Made by a program: the position numbers and the translations under genes | DNA from: an uncultured bacterium | GTDB lineage: Bacteria; Patescibacteriota; Minisyncoccia; UBA6257; GWB1-50-10 | Length of the DNA: 64,000 nucleotides | Assembly: GCA_963713955.1 (NCBI GenBank) | Contig: OY970216.1 | Location: 442,252-506,251 of the forward strand | Direction of reading: 5' to 3' | Notes under the pieces: generated by a model | Databases searched by the model: none | What the model was told of the DNA's origin: nothing | Seen by the model: only the letters and a program-made list of their open reading frames with translations | Shown: piece by piece, positions 1-10,382 of the stretch | Layout: each line of letters begins with the position of its first letter | How positions within the stretch are numbered: position 1 is the stretch's first letter

Positions 1-8
1 TGAGGGTT

Positions 9-497
9 ATGGGCGTGACGAGTATAGCCGATAAAAAGCTCGAAAAACCCCTTGATATAGATATAGGGTTTGCCAGTAAATCTGATTTGAGCGTTTTTGG
101 CACACATGATGCTATTCAGGAGAAGCTGGAGTGGATTAATGAAAACATCGGTAAGGATGCTTATCAGCAAGTCATTGCGAATATCATTCTGGCTAAAGAG
201 GTGCTAAAAGAAGGTCACGCTTACAAGAGAGTGGAACACGGAGGTTTCGGAGGCGTTGGGGTGGAGAATTGGATTTTGGCCAATAGCGGTAATATGGTAG
301 AAGCGTTTAAAAGTTTTCGTGAAGCGGCTTACGAAGGCAGTTCAAAGATTCCATTTGAGGAGTTTAAGAAAAAATACAAACTCCTCAATGCTGGTATGAA
401 CATTAAGCATCTTTACCACGATAATTACATAGAGAATCTCAAACCAGAAGGTTACGAAGCGATGCTCGATACGATTGATAAGTATCTGGCTAAGTAA
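9..497 (+). CDS. hypothetical protein (start may lie upstream of window)
   Basis: 162-aa ORF at window edge; no recognisable motif. Confidence 0.35.
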   Translation: MGVTSIADKKLEKPLDIDIGFASKSDLSVFGTHDAIQEKLEWINENIGKDAYQQVIANIILAKEVLKEGHAYKRVEHGGFGGVGVENWILANSGNMVEAFKSFREAAYEGSSKIPFEEFKKKYKLLNAGMNIKHLYHDNYIENLKPEGYEAMLDTIDKYLAK

Positions 498-565
498 TTG
501 AGAAGTAACGGCAAAGGAAACCATTTTCCCCTGAAGAAGGATATTTGAGCGAATATCCTTTTTAA

Positions 566-781
566 TTTTACCGAGGGAAGGACACCTTCCTCTTGAACTG
601 GTTTGTTGAGGCGAATGAACAAATTCCCGAATTCCGACGCAGGAAATGGGAATTTAACAATGACTGAATCCCGAGCGGAGCGAGGTTGAGTTTGTTAAAT
701 TCCGTTCATTTCCCAGGAGGAACGAATTTGAATTTGTATGAGCCGAGACCTACGCCAGGGAGAGAGAAAGGTGTCCTTCCC
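566..781. repeat. ~215-bp element bounded by 12-bp perfect inverted repeat gaaggacacctt / aaggtgtccttc, directly upstream of hrcA promoter
   Basis: IR read in sequence at 566-581 and 761-781; no ORF >=60 aa inside. Confidence 0.4.
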
Positions 782-791
782 GAACCCTTCT

Positions 792-818
792 TTAGCGCTT
801 GACAACTCCGAGTGCTAA
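792..818 (+). promoter_or_regulatory. CIRCE operator (TTAGCGCTT-N9-GAGTGCTAA) overlapping sigma-70-like promoter (-35 TTGACA 799-804, -10 TATAAT 821-826)
   Basis: matches CIRCE consensus TTAGCACTC-N9-GAGTGCTAA with 2 mismatches; immediately upstream of hrcA. Confidence 0.65.
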
Positions 819-834
819 TCTATAATTGTCCTTA

Positions 835-1536
835 ATGCTCAAAGACAGGACGAAGGAAATATTGAAAACCGCAGTCGAGGGCTACATAAAAACTGGTAAA
901 CCCATAACCTCCGAAGGTCTCTATGAAGACCACGATTTCGGCATAAAGCCGGCCATGATCCGCTGGGAGTTGAACGATCTCGCCGAAGACGGCTATTTTT
1001 ATCAAAACCATCCTTCCGGCGGGAGGTTTCCGTCCGACAAAGCGTACCGATTTTTGGTTGAAGGGCTTCTGAAAGACGGGATAAAAGCCGATTATCCGGA
1101 GAGAGGGTATGAGGATGCCATTTTTAAATTTCTGAAAGGGGAGATTAATTCTTTCATAGAAGATGTTTCGAGTGAGCTTAAGTGCTTGAGCGTCGGTTAT
1201 GAAATCGGTAACGATGCATTGTGGAGCAGCGGTCTCCACGATCTGCTTTGTGGTTTGGATGTGGATGATAAGGAGGAATTGGTTGACGTGGTTGAGGATT
1301 TTGAAATGCTGCCGGCGAAGATAAAATCGGGATTCTGGAACGACGAAGAAACGTGGCCCAAGGTTTTCATAGGTAAGAACCCTTTCGTGCGGAGCAGGGA
1401 AGTATCCGTCGTGGCAAATTGCCTCAAGATCGGCGATGAGCATTTTCTCATCCTCGCCATAGGTCCGAAGCGGATGAATTACGCGAAACCCTTGAGTCTT
1501 TTTGAGACGTTGAATGAATCGGTCGAGAATAAATAA
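835..1536 (+). CDS. hrcA: heat-inducible transcription repressor HrcA (short form); probable start ATG 835 (ORF track TTG 826 overlaps the -10)
   Basis: first gene of hrcA-grpE-dnaK-dnaJ order; HrcA-like PSGGRFPSDKAYRFLVEGLL motif; CIRCE upstream. Confidence 0.6.
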   Translation: MLKDRTKEILKTAVEGYIKTGKPITSEGLYEDHDFGIKPAMIRWELNDLAEDGYFYQNHPSGGRFPSDKAYRFLVEGLLKDGIKADYPERGYEDAIFKFLKGEINSFIEDVSSELKCLSVGYEIGNDALWSSGLHDLLCGLDVDDKEELVDVVEDFEMLPAKIKSGFWNDEETWPKVFIGKNPFVRSREVSVVANCLKIGDEHFLILAIGPKRMNYAKPLSLFETLNESVENK

Positions 1537-1545
1537 AAGAAAACT

Positions 1546-2025
1546 ATGGAAGAAGATAATAAAAAGAACGAAGAAATAACCAAGCTTGAGAAGGAACGAG
1601 ACGAATACCTGGACGGGTGGAAACGGGCCAAGGCGGATCTCATAAATTATAAGAAGGAGGAAGCGGAGCGGATGGAGCAATTCGTGAAATTCAGCACTCG
1701 AGCCGTTGTCTCCGATCTGATAGCCGTTCTGGACAGTTTCGATTTGGGCCTCTCCATCATATCGGAAAGCGACCCGGCCCGAAAAGGGGTGATTCTCATC
1801 AAGAACCAGCTGGAAGACGTTCTTCGGCGGTACGGCTTGGAGAAAATGTCGGTGAGGCCGGGGGAAACGTTCGATCCCGCGGTCCACGAAGCGGTGAAGA
1901 GCATCGATTCGGAAGCTCCGCCGGGAACGGTCGCCGATGAGCTTTCTCCGGGCTATCGGCTCCAGGGAAAGGTCATACGCCCCGCGAGAGTAAACGTTTC
2001 AAAGCAAAAAGATCAAGGTCAATAA
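1546..2025 (+). CDS. grpE: nucleotide exchange factor GrpE
   Basis: GrpE-like coiled-coil plus C-terminal beta domain; precedes dnaK. Confidence 0.85.
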   Translation: MEEDNKKNEEITKLEKERDEYLDGWKRAKADLINYKKEEAERMEQFVKFSTRAVVSDLIAVLDSFDLGLSIISESDPARKGVILIKNQLEDVLRRYGLEKMSVRPGETFDPAVHEAVKSIDSEAPPGTVADELSPGYRLQGKVIRPARVNVSKQKDQGQ

Positions 2026-2047
2026 ACAATAAAAAATAATAAAACAT

Positions 2048-3919
2048 ATGAGTAAAATTTTAGGAATAGATCTGGGGACGACCAATTCGGCGATGGCCGT
2101 CATGGAAGGCGGCGAGCCCCAGGTTCTCGAGAATAGCGAAGGTTTACGGACGACTCCTTCCATAGTCGCCATGTCGAAATCCAATGAGAGACTGGTGGGA
2201 CTTCTGGCGAAGCGGCAATCCGTCGTGAATCCCAAGAATACCATCTACTCGGTTAAAAGACTGATGGGGCGCAAATTCACCGATCCGGAAGTGGAGCGGG
2301 ACAAGGCGTGGCTGCCGTATGAAATACGGGCTTCGCAAAACGGCGGCGTCGAAATCAAAATGGGGGATCGCTGGTATACCCCCGAGGAAATCTCGGCGAT
2401 GGTTCTCCAGAAATTGAAGGCCGATGCCGAGGCGAAAGTCGGCGGCAAGATCGACGAAGCGGTGGTAACCGTTCCGGCCTATTTCGACGACAGCCAGAGG
2501 CAGGCTACCAAGAACGCCGGCGAGATAGCCGGGTTTAAGGTACGGAGGATATTGAACGAGCCGACGGCAGCGGCACTGGCCTACGGGATGAACAAGCAGA
2601 AAAATGAGCGCATTGTCGTTTACGATTTCGGCGGTGGGACGTTCGACATTTCGATCCTCGAAGTGGGGGACGACACGGTCGAAGTCAAAGCGACGGGGGG
2701 TGATACCCATCTTGGCGGAGACGATTTCGACAAGAAGATCATGGAATATCTCGTGGCCGAATACAAGAAACAAGAAGGCATCGATTTGTCCAAGGACACC
2801 TTGGCTCTCCAGCGGTTGAAGGAAGCGGCCGAGCGTGCCAAGCACGAACTTTCGACGGTCACGGAAACGGAGATCAATTTGCCGTACGTCACTTCCGACG
2901 CGAGCGGCCCGAAGCATTTTCTCATGAAAATCACGAGAGCCAAATTGGAAGACTTGGTGAGAGACATGATTGACCGCTCGATTGAGCTCGTGAAAGACGC
3001 CGTCGAATCTCCCTCTCCCAAGGGGGCGGGAATGAAACTCTCGGATGTGAACGAGATTGTTTTGGTCGGCGGACAAACGAGGATGCCGGCGATACAGGAA
3101 GCCGTGAAGAATCTTTTCGGCAAAGAACCTCACAAGGGGATCAATCCGGATGAAGTTGTCGCCGTGGGTGCCGCCATTCAAGCCGGAATACTTCAGGGCG
3201 ACGTGAAGGACATATTGCTTTTGGACGTGACGCCCCTCACCTTGAGCATCGAGACCTTGGGCGGCGTTGCGACCCCGATGATTCCCAAAAACACCACGGT
3301 TCCTACCTCGAAGACGCAGACGTTCTCGACGGCAGCTGATAGTCAAACTTCCGTCGAAATACACGTTGGTCAGGGAGAACGGCCGATGATGGTTGATAAT
3401 AAGACGCTCGCGCGATTCATTCTGGACGGCATACCGCCGGCGCCGCGGGGTATGCCGCAGGTGGAGGTTACCTTTGACATAGATGCGAATGGGATTTTGA
3501 CTGTGTCGGCCAAGGATAAAGCGACGGGCAAAGAGCAATCGGTGAAAATCGAGGCGTCGACTGCCTTGAGCAAGGAAGAAATCGAGAAACTCAAGAAAGA
3601 AGCTGCGGAACATGCGGCTGAAGATCAGAAGAAAAAAGAGCTGGCGGAGGTGAGAAATCAAGCTGAGACCACCATTTATTCCGCCGAGAAGGCGCTCAAA
3701 GATGCCGGGGATAAGGTGTCGAATGAGATCAAAAATTCCGTCACGGAGAGGATTCAGAAGGTCAAGGAAGTGAAAGATGGGACGAATGCCGAGGCAATCA
3801 GGAACGCTTTGAGCGATCTTTCGACAGAACTTCAGAAAATAGGCGAGGCAATGTATAATAAGCAAGGAGACAAGCCGGAGAACAAACAAGATGGAACCGA
3901 GCCTGCAAATAGTCAGTGA
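2048..3919 (+). CDS. dnaK: molecular chaperone DnaK (Hsp70)
   Basis: [31 protein letters not shown]-type motifs. Confidence 0.97.
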   Translation: MSKILGIDLGTTNSAMAVMEGGEPQVLENSEGLRTTPSIVAMSKSNERLVGLLAKRQSVVNPKNTIYSVKRLMGRKFTDPEVERDKAWLPYEIRASQNGGVEIKMGDRWYTPEEISAMVLQKLKADAEAKVGGKIDEAVVTVPAYFDDSQRQATKNAGEIAGFKVRRILNEPTAAALAYGMNKQKNERIVVYDFGGGTFDISILEVGDDTVEVKATGGDTHLGGDDFDKKIMEYLVAEYKKQEGIDLSKDTLALQRLKEAAERAKHELSTVTETEINLPYVTSDASGPKHFLMKITRAKLEDLVRDMIDRSIELVKDAVESPSPKGAGMKLSDVNEIVLVGGQTRMPAIQEAVKNLFGKEPHKGINPDEVVAVGAAIQAGILQGDVKDILLLDVTPLTLSIETLGGVATPMIPKNTTVPTSKTQTFSTAADSQTSVEIHVGQGERPMMVDNKTLARFILDGIPPAPRGMPQVEVTFDIDANGILTVSAKDKATGKEQSVKIEASTALSKEEIEKLKKEAAEHAAEDQKKKELAEVRNQAETTIYSAEKALKDAGDKVSNEIKNSVTERIQKVKEVKDGTNAEAIRNALSDLSTELQKIGEAMYNKQGDKPENKQDGTEPANSQ

Positions 3920-4952
3920 GTCAAAGGAAGCGGAGGAAGACAAGAGCTGGTGGAAGTTGATATTCCTGGCTCTCTTGGGCGCGGGGGCGAACTGGGGAGC
4001 GTTTTATTACTTCGCTCGTTTCATGGCGGGATTGACTGCGCCGAGCTTTTGGCTGTTCGTTGCTCTTTTCGTTTTATCTCTCATCTTTGTCGTCCTCGAG
4101 ACGTTTTTCATCAAGAGTTTTTGGAGACTGTTCGTCACGGTCGCCGTGGGGACATTCGCGCCTCTTCTCGTTTTTTATCATGAATTCGGGAATGCAAACC
4201 AGAATTTCATGAGAATCCTGATCTTAGGTTTCATCGTCGGGTTTTATTTCGTGTTTTCGGGAATAAGAAGAGGACACCGGATGTTGGGAAACAGTCTCAA
4301 AGTACGTTTCTTTGAAGTGTCGAGGAGAATATTGCCTCGCGCGGCCTCCGGATTCCTCATCGCACTTGCGGTCGTCTTTTACCTGTCTTATTTTTCTTGG
4401 AATCTGGCTCCGCGTAATGCGGGCGAGATACTGGTCGACGGCATGATCCGCTCCGCGGAGCCGGTAGCCGGCATCGTCGTTCCGGGGCTCGCGATGAGCG
4501 GCGATGAAAAAATGGGGGATTTCCTGAAAAGCGTCGCCGAGAGCGAAGCCCAGAAGGTGAAGATTAACGTAACCGATCAGAATCAGGATATCATAGGAGA
4601 AACGTTCAATAGTTTGCCGCCTGATTATCAGGCTCAGGTGGTGAGCCAAATCACAGATCAGCTGGAAGCCGGTCTGAAGAGCAAATTTGCTGCCTTTGAT
4701 CCGAACCAGACGGTCTCGGAGTTCGCCTACATGGCCGCGAGTCAGTACTTCCTGAAATTTGAGTTTTGGCTGGGTCCGTATGCTCCCATCATTCTCGCAG
4801 CGATCTTATTTTTCGTGGCCAAGGGAGCGATGGCCCTGTTCTATTGGCTCATAGAACTTATGGCGTTCTTACTTCTGAAAATTTTCATTGTTTTTGGTTT
4901 TGCTTATACGACGCTGGAGACGAAAACGCGTGAATTTCTGCTCTTGTCGTAA
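3891..4952 (+). CDS. multi-pass membrane protein of unknown function inserted between dnaK and dnaJ
   Basis: 353-aa ORF with several hydrophobic helices; overlaps dnaK stop by 29 nt. Confidence 0.5.
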   Translation: MEPSLQIVSESKEAEEDKSWWKLIFLALLGAGANWGAFYYFARFMAGLTAPSFWLFVALFVLSLIFVVLETFFIKSFWRLFVTVAVGTFAPLLVFYHEFGNANQNFMRILILGFIVGFYFVFSGIRRGHRMLGNSLKVRFFEVSRRILPRAASGFLIALAVVFYLSYFSWNLAPRNAGEILVDGMIRSAEPVAGIVVPGLAMSGDEKMGDFLKSVAESEAQKVKINVTDQNQDIIGETFNSLPPDYQAQVVSQITDQLEAGLKSKFAAFDPNQTVSEFAYMAASQYFLKFEFWLGPYAPIILAAILFFVAKGAMALFYWLIELMAFLLLKIFIVFGFAYTTLETKTREFLLLS

Positions 4953-4980
4953 GCGACTTGTTTAGTTTATTTCTAACGGG

Positions 4981-6087
4981 ATGAAAGATTATTATAAAAT
5001 TTTGGGCGTTTCGAAGGACGCTCCCGATGAAGAGATCAAGAAAGCATACCGGAAGCTGGCCCATGAATATCATCCCGACCGCCCGGGCGGCAACGAAGCC
5101 AGATTCAAGGAAATAAACGAGGCTTACCAAGTTCTTTCCAATAAAGAGAAGAAGGCCCAGTACGACAGATTCGGCGAGGTTCCCGAGGGTGCGGCAGCGG
5201 GGTATGGCGGTGCGTGGAATCCGTTCGGGGAAGGCGGCTTCTCGGCCGGTTTCGGCGGCTTTGGAGCTCAGAACGGGTTCGGCGTCGATTTCGAGGACAT
5301 ATTCGAAGGCATATTTGGCGGGTCCGGCGGACAGAGGAGAAGAACGTACACCCAAGGATCGGACGTCGAGCTGGAAATCCAAATTACCCTCGAGGAAGCT
5401 TTCCGAGGGGTCGCGAGAGACATAAAATTCAAGACAAACGTTCTCTGCGACGTATGCGGAGGGGTGGGGTACGACCGGAGCAAGGGGACCAAGAAATGTG
5501 CGACCTGCGTCGGCAAGGGCGAAGTGAAAGTTGAGCGGAAGACTTTTTTCGGAAATTTTTCCCAGGTGAAGTTGTGTCCCGATTGCGGGGGAAGGGGTGA
5601 AATACCCAACGTCGTCTGCAAGAATTGCAAAGGGGAGGGGAAAGTTTTTTCCTCGAAGTCCGTTGCGGTCGACATAGCGCCCGGCATCGAGGACGGTCAG
5701 ATAGTCAAGGTGAGCGGCGGCGGCGAAGCGGGGAGTAAGGGCGGTGCGAGCGGCGATCTCTACATCGTGATCAGGATCACTCCCCATCCCGTTTTCACGA
5801 GGAAAAAGAGCGACCTCTACGTGACGAAGGACATCGATCTCGCTGAGGCTCTCCTCGGGAAAGAGATCGGGATGCACGACGTCGGCGGCGAAAAGTTCGG
5901 CGTCGTGATACCGACCGGCTTTTCGTTGAACGAAAAGATGAAAATCGCGAAGAGGGGCATGCCCAAGTTTGGGATGGGCAGCCGGGGTGATCTTTATGTG
6001 ACCTTCAATCTGAAGCTTCCGAAACATCTCTCGCCGCGAGCCAAGAAGATGATCGAGGAACTCGACGACGAGCTCAAAAATCAATGA
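4981..6087 (+). CDS. dnaJ: molecular chaperone DnaJ
   Basis: J domain (HPD), G/F-rich region, four CxxCxGxG zinc-finger repeats. Confidence 0.95.
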   Translation: MKDYYKILGVSKDAPDEEIKKAYRKLAHEYHPDRPGGNEARFKEINEAYQVLSNKEKKAQYDRFGEVPEGAAAGYGGAWNPFGEGGFSAGFGGFGAQNGFGVDFEDIFEGIFGGSGGQRRRTYTQGSDVELEIQITLEEAFRGVARDIKFKTNVLCDVCGGVGYDRSKGTKKCATCVGKGEVKVERKTFFGNFSQVKLCPDCGGRGEIPNVVCKNCKGEGKVFSSKSVAVDIAPGIEDGQIVKVSGGGEAGSKGGASGDLYIVIRITPHPVFTRKKSDLYVTKDIDLAEALLGKEIGMHDVGGEKFGVVIPTGFSLNEKMKIAKRGMPKFGMGSRGDLYVTFNLKLPKHLSPRAKKMIEELDDELKNQ

Positions 6088-7214
6088 CTCTTGGAGAACG
6101 CAAAACCTGGAGCGTCGGAGATTTTATCGACCATTTAAACACCCTTCTCGGCGAGGAAGAGGCGGAGGTTACGGGGGAAGTTTGGGACTTGAAGAAGCAT
6201 CCGACGGGGTTTTATTTCGCGCTGAAGGACAAAGAGGGAGAAGGCCTTCTGCCCTGCTATCTGAATCCGTATCGGGCGAAGCTCTTCGGGTTCGGACTGG
6301 AAGACGGCTTGCTCGTCAAAGCGATCGGCGCACCCAGCGTTTACAAGCCGCGCGGTAATTTCAGTTTCGTCGTCGAAAGTCTCGAGCTCGTGGGAGAGGG
6401 ATCGCTCAAGAAAGCGTATGAACTTCTGAAAAGCAAGCTCGAGAAGGAGGGACTTTTCGCGAGAAAGCGGGAACTGCCGGAATTCATCTCTTCGATCGGA
6501 GTCATTACGTCGAAAACGGGAGCCGTCATCGACGATTTCAGAAAAAACCTGAAGAAGCTCGGATTCAAGATTTATCTCTATGATTCGCGCGTCGAGGGAA
6601 CGCAAGCCGTTCCTAACATCATTGCGGGGATCGATTATTTCAACGGGGACGCGGCCGACCACGTGGACATTCTCGTCGTCATCCGGGGCGGCGGCAGTTT
6701 GGAAGATCTCCAGGCATTTAACAACGAAGCGGTGGCAAGAAAGATATTTTCCTCCGGATTGCCGGTCCTCTGCGGCATCGGTCACGATCGAGACGTGCCG
6801 ATTGCGAGCCTCGTCTCAGATAAGGCGGTTTCCACGCCCTCCATGGCTGCCGAAGCAATGAACGCTTCGTGGGATGGACTGTTCCTCGATCTACCCGTCA
6901 TGTCGCACCGGCTTTCCTCTTCGTTCGCGGCAGCTTTCTCTCGCGGGATGAACGAACTCAATGCCCTCATAAGACCTTTATCCGGTCTTTTCTCCTCGAG
7001 GATGGAAAGCGTGAACGAAGAATTAAAAAACCTTTCGAAATACCTCGGGGCTGCCGATCCGATGAGGAATTTGAAACTCGGCTACAGCATCGTTTTCAAC
7101 CGAAGAGGGGAAGTCGTGAAAGATATCCAGTTTTTGAAAAAAGGTGATAGAATAAAGACCAAGCTTTATAAAGGATCGATTGAGAGTGAAATTTCGAGAA
7201 CCACGAACGAATAG
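6084..7214 (+). CDS. xseA: exodeoxyribonuclease VII large subunit
   Basis: OB-fold N-terminus, [11 protein letters not shown] and GIGHDRD motifs typical of XseA. Confidence 0.85.
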   Translation: MTLGERKTWSVGDFIDHLNTLLGEEEAEVTGEVWDLKKHPTGFYFALKDKEGEGLLPCYLNPYRAKLFGFGLEDGLLVKAIGAPSVYKPRGNFSFVVESLELVGEGSLKKAYELLKSKLEKEGLFARKRELPEFISSIGVITSKTGAVIDDFRKNLKKLGFKIYLYDSRVEGTQAVPNIIAGIDYFNGDAADHVDILVVIRGGGSLEDLQAFNNEAVARKIFSSGLPVLCGIGHDRDVPIASLVSDKAVSTPSMAAEAMNASWDGLFLDLPVMSHRLSSSFAAAFSRGMNELNALIRPLSGLFSSRMESVNEELKNLSKYLGAADPMRNLKLGYSIVFNRRGEVVKDIQFLKKGDRIKTKLYKGSIESEISRTTNE

Positions 7215-7424
7215 ATGACCGCCAAAAAGGAAAAAGGCAAAATAACGGAAGATCTCACGAAACTCAAGAAAATCGTGGAATGGTTTGAATCGCGCGAGGA
7301 GGTGGACGTCGAGGAAGGCTTGCGGAGAGTGAAGGAGGGATCGGAAATCGTGAAGCGCTTGCGATCGCGGATGAAGGAGGTTGAAAACGAGTTTGAAACG
7401 ATAAAGGAAGATCTCGAGCGGTAG
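7215..7424 (+). CDS. xseB: exodeoxyribonuclease VII small subunit
   Basis: 69-aa helical protein immediately after xseA; LEEIVxxLE-like pattern. Confidence 0.7.
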   Translation: MTAKKEKGKITEDLTKLKKIVEWFESREEVDVEEGLRRVKEGSEIVKRLRSRMKEVENEFETIKEDLER

Positions 7425-7552
7425 CATGCCCCGTAGGACAACTTCGAGGGGCATTGAGAAAGAGGTATTTCAAAACTACGGGAGAATCAGATTTAGCTAA
7501 AAGATTAAAGATCTACTGCATTAAACAATAACTTGAAGTTGTACTACAGGGT

Positions 7553-7903
7553 ATGGAAAACATTTCGATAGACAAGTTCAGGGAGATCGATCTTCGAGTG
7601 GCGAAGATAACGGCTGCCGAACGGATTGAGGGAACCGACAAACTTTTGCGCCTGGAGCTGGATTTGGGCCCTTCGACTGACTCAGGGGAGGCGAGAGAGA
7701 AAAGGCAGATAGTTTCTGGCATAGCCGAGCATTATACACCGGAATCCCTCGTCGGCAGGGAGATAATCGTGGTATTTAATTTGGAATCCAGAACGCTGAA
7801 GGGGGTGGAGAGTAACGGAATGCTCCTGGCTGCGTCCGGCGAGGATTTCATTTCCTTGCTTCAGCCGGATAAGGAAGTCCCGCCCGGAAGCCGGATACGT
7901 TAA
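7553..7903 (+). CDS. tRNA-binding protein (CsaA/Trbp111-like EMAP/OB domain)
   Basis: KLLRLELDLG...QIVSGI...NGMLLA pattern of MetRS C-terminal-like tRNA-binding domain. Confidence 0.7.
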   Translation: MENISIDKFREIDLRVAKITAAERIEGTDKLLRLELDLGPSTDSGEAREKRQIVSGIAEHYTPESLVGREIIVVFNLESRTLKGVESNGMLLAASGEDFISLLQPDKEVPPGSRIR

Positions 7904-7914
7904 CTGGAAGTCTT

Positions 7915-8952
7915 TCAGTTATGCTGCAGTATTTGCAATCCGTACATTTGGACCTGGGATACGGTAGCGCTGTTACCGAGATAAACAAGGAAGTAGGGTG
8001 AACCCCACGCGTTGCTGGTTTTGAGATAGATATAAGAAAAATAAGAGGCATTGCCGGTATTAGTTGAAACATTCGTGATATTTGAATCCCTGTCGTGGAT
8101 TTGAAATTGGCCATTGGCTCTATAAAAGAAGTTTATTTTATAAACGTTGTTCAATACAAAGGGTTGGGTCATAGCTCCCGTGTCTGTCCAGCTCCTTTGC
8201 GACTGATTCCCGCCTGTTGCATCGAATTCCAAAACTTGCCCATTAAAGCCATTTCCTGGCGAGGTTAAATTCCAAGTGAGATAACTCGGTGTGGGGTTAT
8301 CCCAGCCGGTAAAAGATTGTGCTCTATAAGTTGAGTTAATCATCAAGTTATTACTCCACAGTAAAGATAAGCTGCTCCCCACTTCATACGTTGAATCATC
8401 AAGCCCTCCATCCGTCGACACGACATCATTGCTTCCCCCATAGCCATATCGTTGGGATTCCATAGAGGCGGTTAATTCGTATTTCCCTCCGCTGGTGGTG
8501 TAGGTATAATAGAGGCCGGTCGATGATGAGTTTATGGGATCTATCGGGAGTTTCGATAGGGGAGATCCTGATGAAATGAGCGTCAGATTCACCGGTATCC
8601 AACCTGTGCCGTCCACCTTGGTGGAAGAAGCAGCTGGAACGCAATGATAGCTCCAGCCTGAAGGGAGAATGGGAAGAGACCATGATCCGCAGGTGGAAGA
8701 TGAATCCGGGAGGGAAACGTAGGTAGTCGATGCGGTTCCCAAGGGTTGGGTGAATTGATCCGCCGTGAAGAGAGATAAGGCGCTATTCAGAGCTGCGAGG
8801 TCTGAGAGGCGGGTGGAATCCCTTCCTTGAGCTATGAGTTGGGTTGGGTTCAGGACGAGAACCACGGCAGTCGCCAGAACGGCGAGAATTGCAATTACAA
8901 CGAGGAGTTCAATAAGTGTAAAACTGGCTCTATCGCGGAGATTCATTATCAC
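7915..8952 (-). CDS. type IV pilin-like protein (class III signal peptide, FTLIELLVVIAILAVLA) with conserved N-terminal module and divergent beta-rich C-terminal domain; paralog 1 of 3
   Basis: prepilin N-methylation motif; ~75% aa identity to N-terminal 170 aa of 34703..35887 and 58197..59432. Confidence 0.85.
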   Translation of the reverse strand: MIMNLRDRASFTLIELLVVIAILAVLATAVVLVLNPTQLIAQGRDSTRLSDLAALNSALSLFTADQFTQPLGTASTTYVSLPDSSSTCGSWSLPILPSGWSYHCVPAASSTKVDGTGWIPVNLTLISSGSPLSKLPIDPINSSSTGLYYTYTTSGGKYELTASMESQRYGYGGSNDVVSTDGGLDDSTYEVGSSLSLLWSNNLMINSTYRAQSFTGWDNPTPSYLTWNLTSPGNGFNGQVLEFDATGGNQSQRSWTDTGAMTQPFVLNNVYKINFFYRANGQFQIHDRDSNITNVSTNTGNASYFSYIYLKTSNAWGSPYFLVYLGNSATVSQVQMYGLQILQHN

Positions 8953-8971
8953 TTATTATAACAAAGTTTTG

Positions 8972-9053
8972 TGCCCGGGGTGGGACTCGAACCCACATGG
9001 GATAGACCCATACGATTTTGAGTCGTACGCGTAAACCATTCCGCCACCCGGGC
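8972..9053 (-). tRNA. tRNA-Leu (anticodon CAA), class II with long variable arm
   Basis: manual fold: acceptor GCCCGGG/CCCGGGC, D-arm GCGGAATGG, anticodon loop CUCAAAA, T-loop TTCGAGT. Confidence 0.8.
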
Positions 9054-9099
9054 AGATTGTTATTGAGAATAACATAGAAAAACGTTATAGTAAATACTG

Positions 9100-9903
9100 A
9101 TGGCTCGAATAATCGCCATTTTCAACGCGAAAGGCGGCGTCGGCAAAACGACGACCACCATCAATCTTGGGGCTTACCTTGCGATGCTCGGCAAGAAAAT
9201 TCTCCTTATTGATTTTGATCCGCAATACAATGCGACCATTGCCTTGGGCGTCCGGCATGGAACTGACGAGACCATCTATCACGCTCTCCTTGCCGGCGTC
9301 GGGCCCGAACGGACGATCAAGCAAACATATCTTGCGAATCTCGAAATAGTACCGGCCTCGGCAGATCTCGCGGGCGCCTTGGTCGAGCTCGTGGAGCTCC
9401 CGGAGCGGGAGTGGTATCTCAAAAATTTCTTGGAGAAAATCCGCGGTTGGTATGATTTCATTTTCATCGACCTCGGGCCGAGCTTGAATCTCCTCACGGT
9501 AAACGGCCTTGCCGCTTCCGATGAGGTGTTGGTTCCCATCCAGTGCGAATATCTAAGCTTGGAAGGATTGAGTCAGCTTCTCCAAACGATTGATTTAGTT
9601 AAAAACAATTTGGGGCACGACATACGGAGCGTGAGCGCGCTTCTCACCATGTACGACAAGCGGGAACGGTTGTCCCGCGAGATCGCGCGGGAAATACGGA
9701 AGCGGTTCCCGAACTACGTGTACGAAGTGGAAATCCCGAGATCTGTCGCTCTCGCGGAGGCGCCGAGCTTCCAGAAACCCATCATGCTTTACGCTCCGCA
9801 GAGCCCCGGCGCCCTAGCCTATGAGCGGCTGGCGCGGGAAATTTCAGAAGGGAAAATTTCCCCTTCTGAAACTGAGGAAAAGGAGGAAAAAGCAGCCTTT
9901 TGA
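9100..9903 (+). CDS. parA: chromosome partitioning ATPase ParA/Soj
   Basis: deviant Walker A KGGVGKTT. Confidence 0.9.
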   Translation: MARIIAIFNAKGGVGKTTTTINLGAYLAMLGKKILLIDFDPQYNATIALGVRHGTDETIYHALLAGVGPERTIKQTYLANLEIVPASADLAGALVELVELPEREWYLKNFLEKIRGWYDFIFIDLGPSLNLLTVNGLAASDEVLVPIQCEYLSLEGLSQLLQTIDLVKNNLGHDIRSVSALLTMYDKRERLSREIAREIRKRFPNYVYEVEIPRSVALAEAPSFQKPIMLYAPQSPGALAYERLAREISEGKISPSETEEKEEKAAF

Positions 9904-9914
9904 CCCCGCACCGA

Positions 9915-9951
9915 GCCAAGCCCCGTACTACAAATTGTAGTACAAGGGCAA
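9915..9951. repeat. palindromic element ccccGTACTACAAaTTGTAGTACaaggg flanked by AAG (repeat family F3, copy 1)
   Basis: perfect 9-1-9 palindrome; second copy nested at 51594-51623. Confidence 0.6.
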
Positions 9952-10382
9952 GCGCTGCAACGCCTCACGCTTCCGACGTTCCTGCCTAAATATGCTTGAT
10001 TGAAAATAATCGCAAGGACTTTTCCCGGTCTTCGATTCGCTTCACGGCGTTGGAAGCGAAGCACTTGATCTGGTGACGGGGTTTTGACATCGTCCGGTGA
10101 TATGCTATCATTCTTCTCGGAACGTACCGTTCTTGAGATATTGAGGGAGTGATCATATGCGGCCGCTTTGGTTGCGACTTTGGTGTCTTAGGAGTGGCGC
10201 GAACCACGTCTAGACGTTTTACTAAGGCGGAGGTTGAATCGAGTTTCAAGAGCTTATCTCTAACTGATACTGCGAGTTGCTCTTTTTTTATTTATTACTC
10301 TCGTAGTAAAATCGGTGGACAGGTTGGTTTCTTGAAGCTTCTATTCGCCTCCGTTTTAGTTTTGTTGTAATATTAAATTGAT

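Noticed and set aside
540-790. RNase P RNA, SRP RNA or tmRNA in the long non-coding regions (540-790, 9904-10382, 50740-51150)
   Set aside because: Hallmark motifs were not found by eye, for example SRP domain IV GGAAGCAGCCA-like or RNase P P4 elements. The regions are instead populated by the palindromic repeat families.
832-1887. Long antisense ORFs opposite hrcA/grpE (832..1887 -), dnaK (2144..3943 -), parB (10620..11489 -), rel (12064..13821 +), groEL (14309..15319 -), ThyX (16195..17292 -), dnaJ (4885..6084 -) and others
   Set aside because: Each overlaps a strongly supported housekeeping gene on the opposite strand, and the translations are low-complexity with no motifs. They are typical shadow ORFs.
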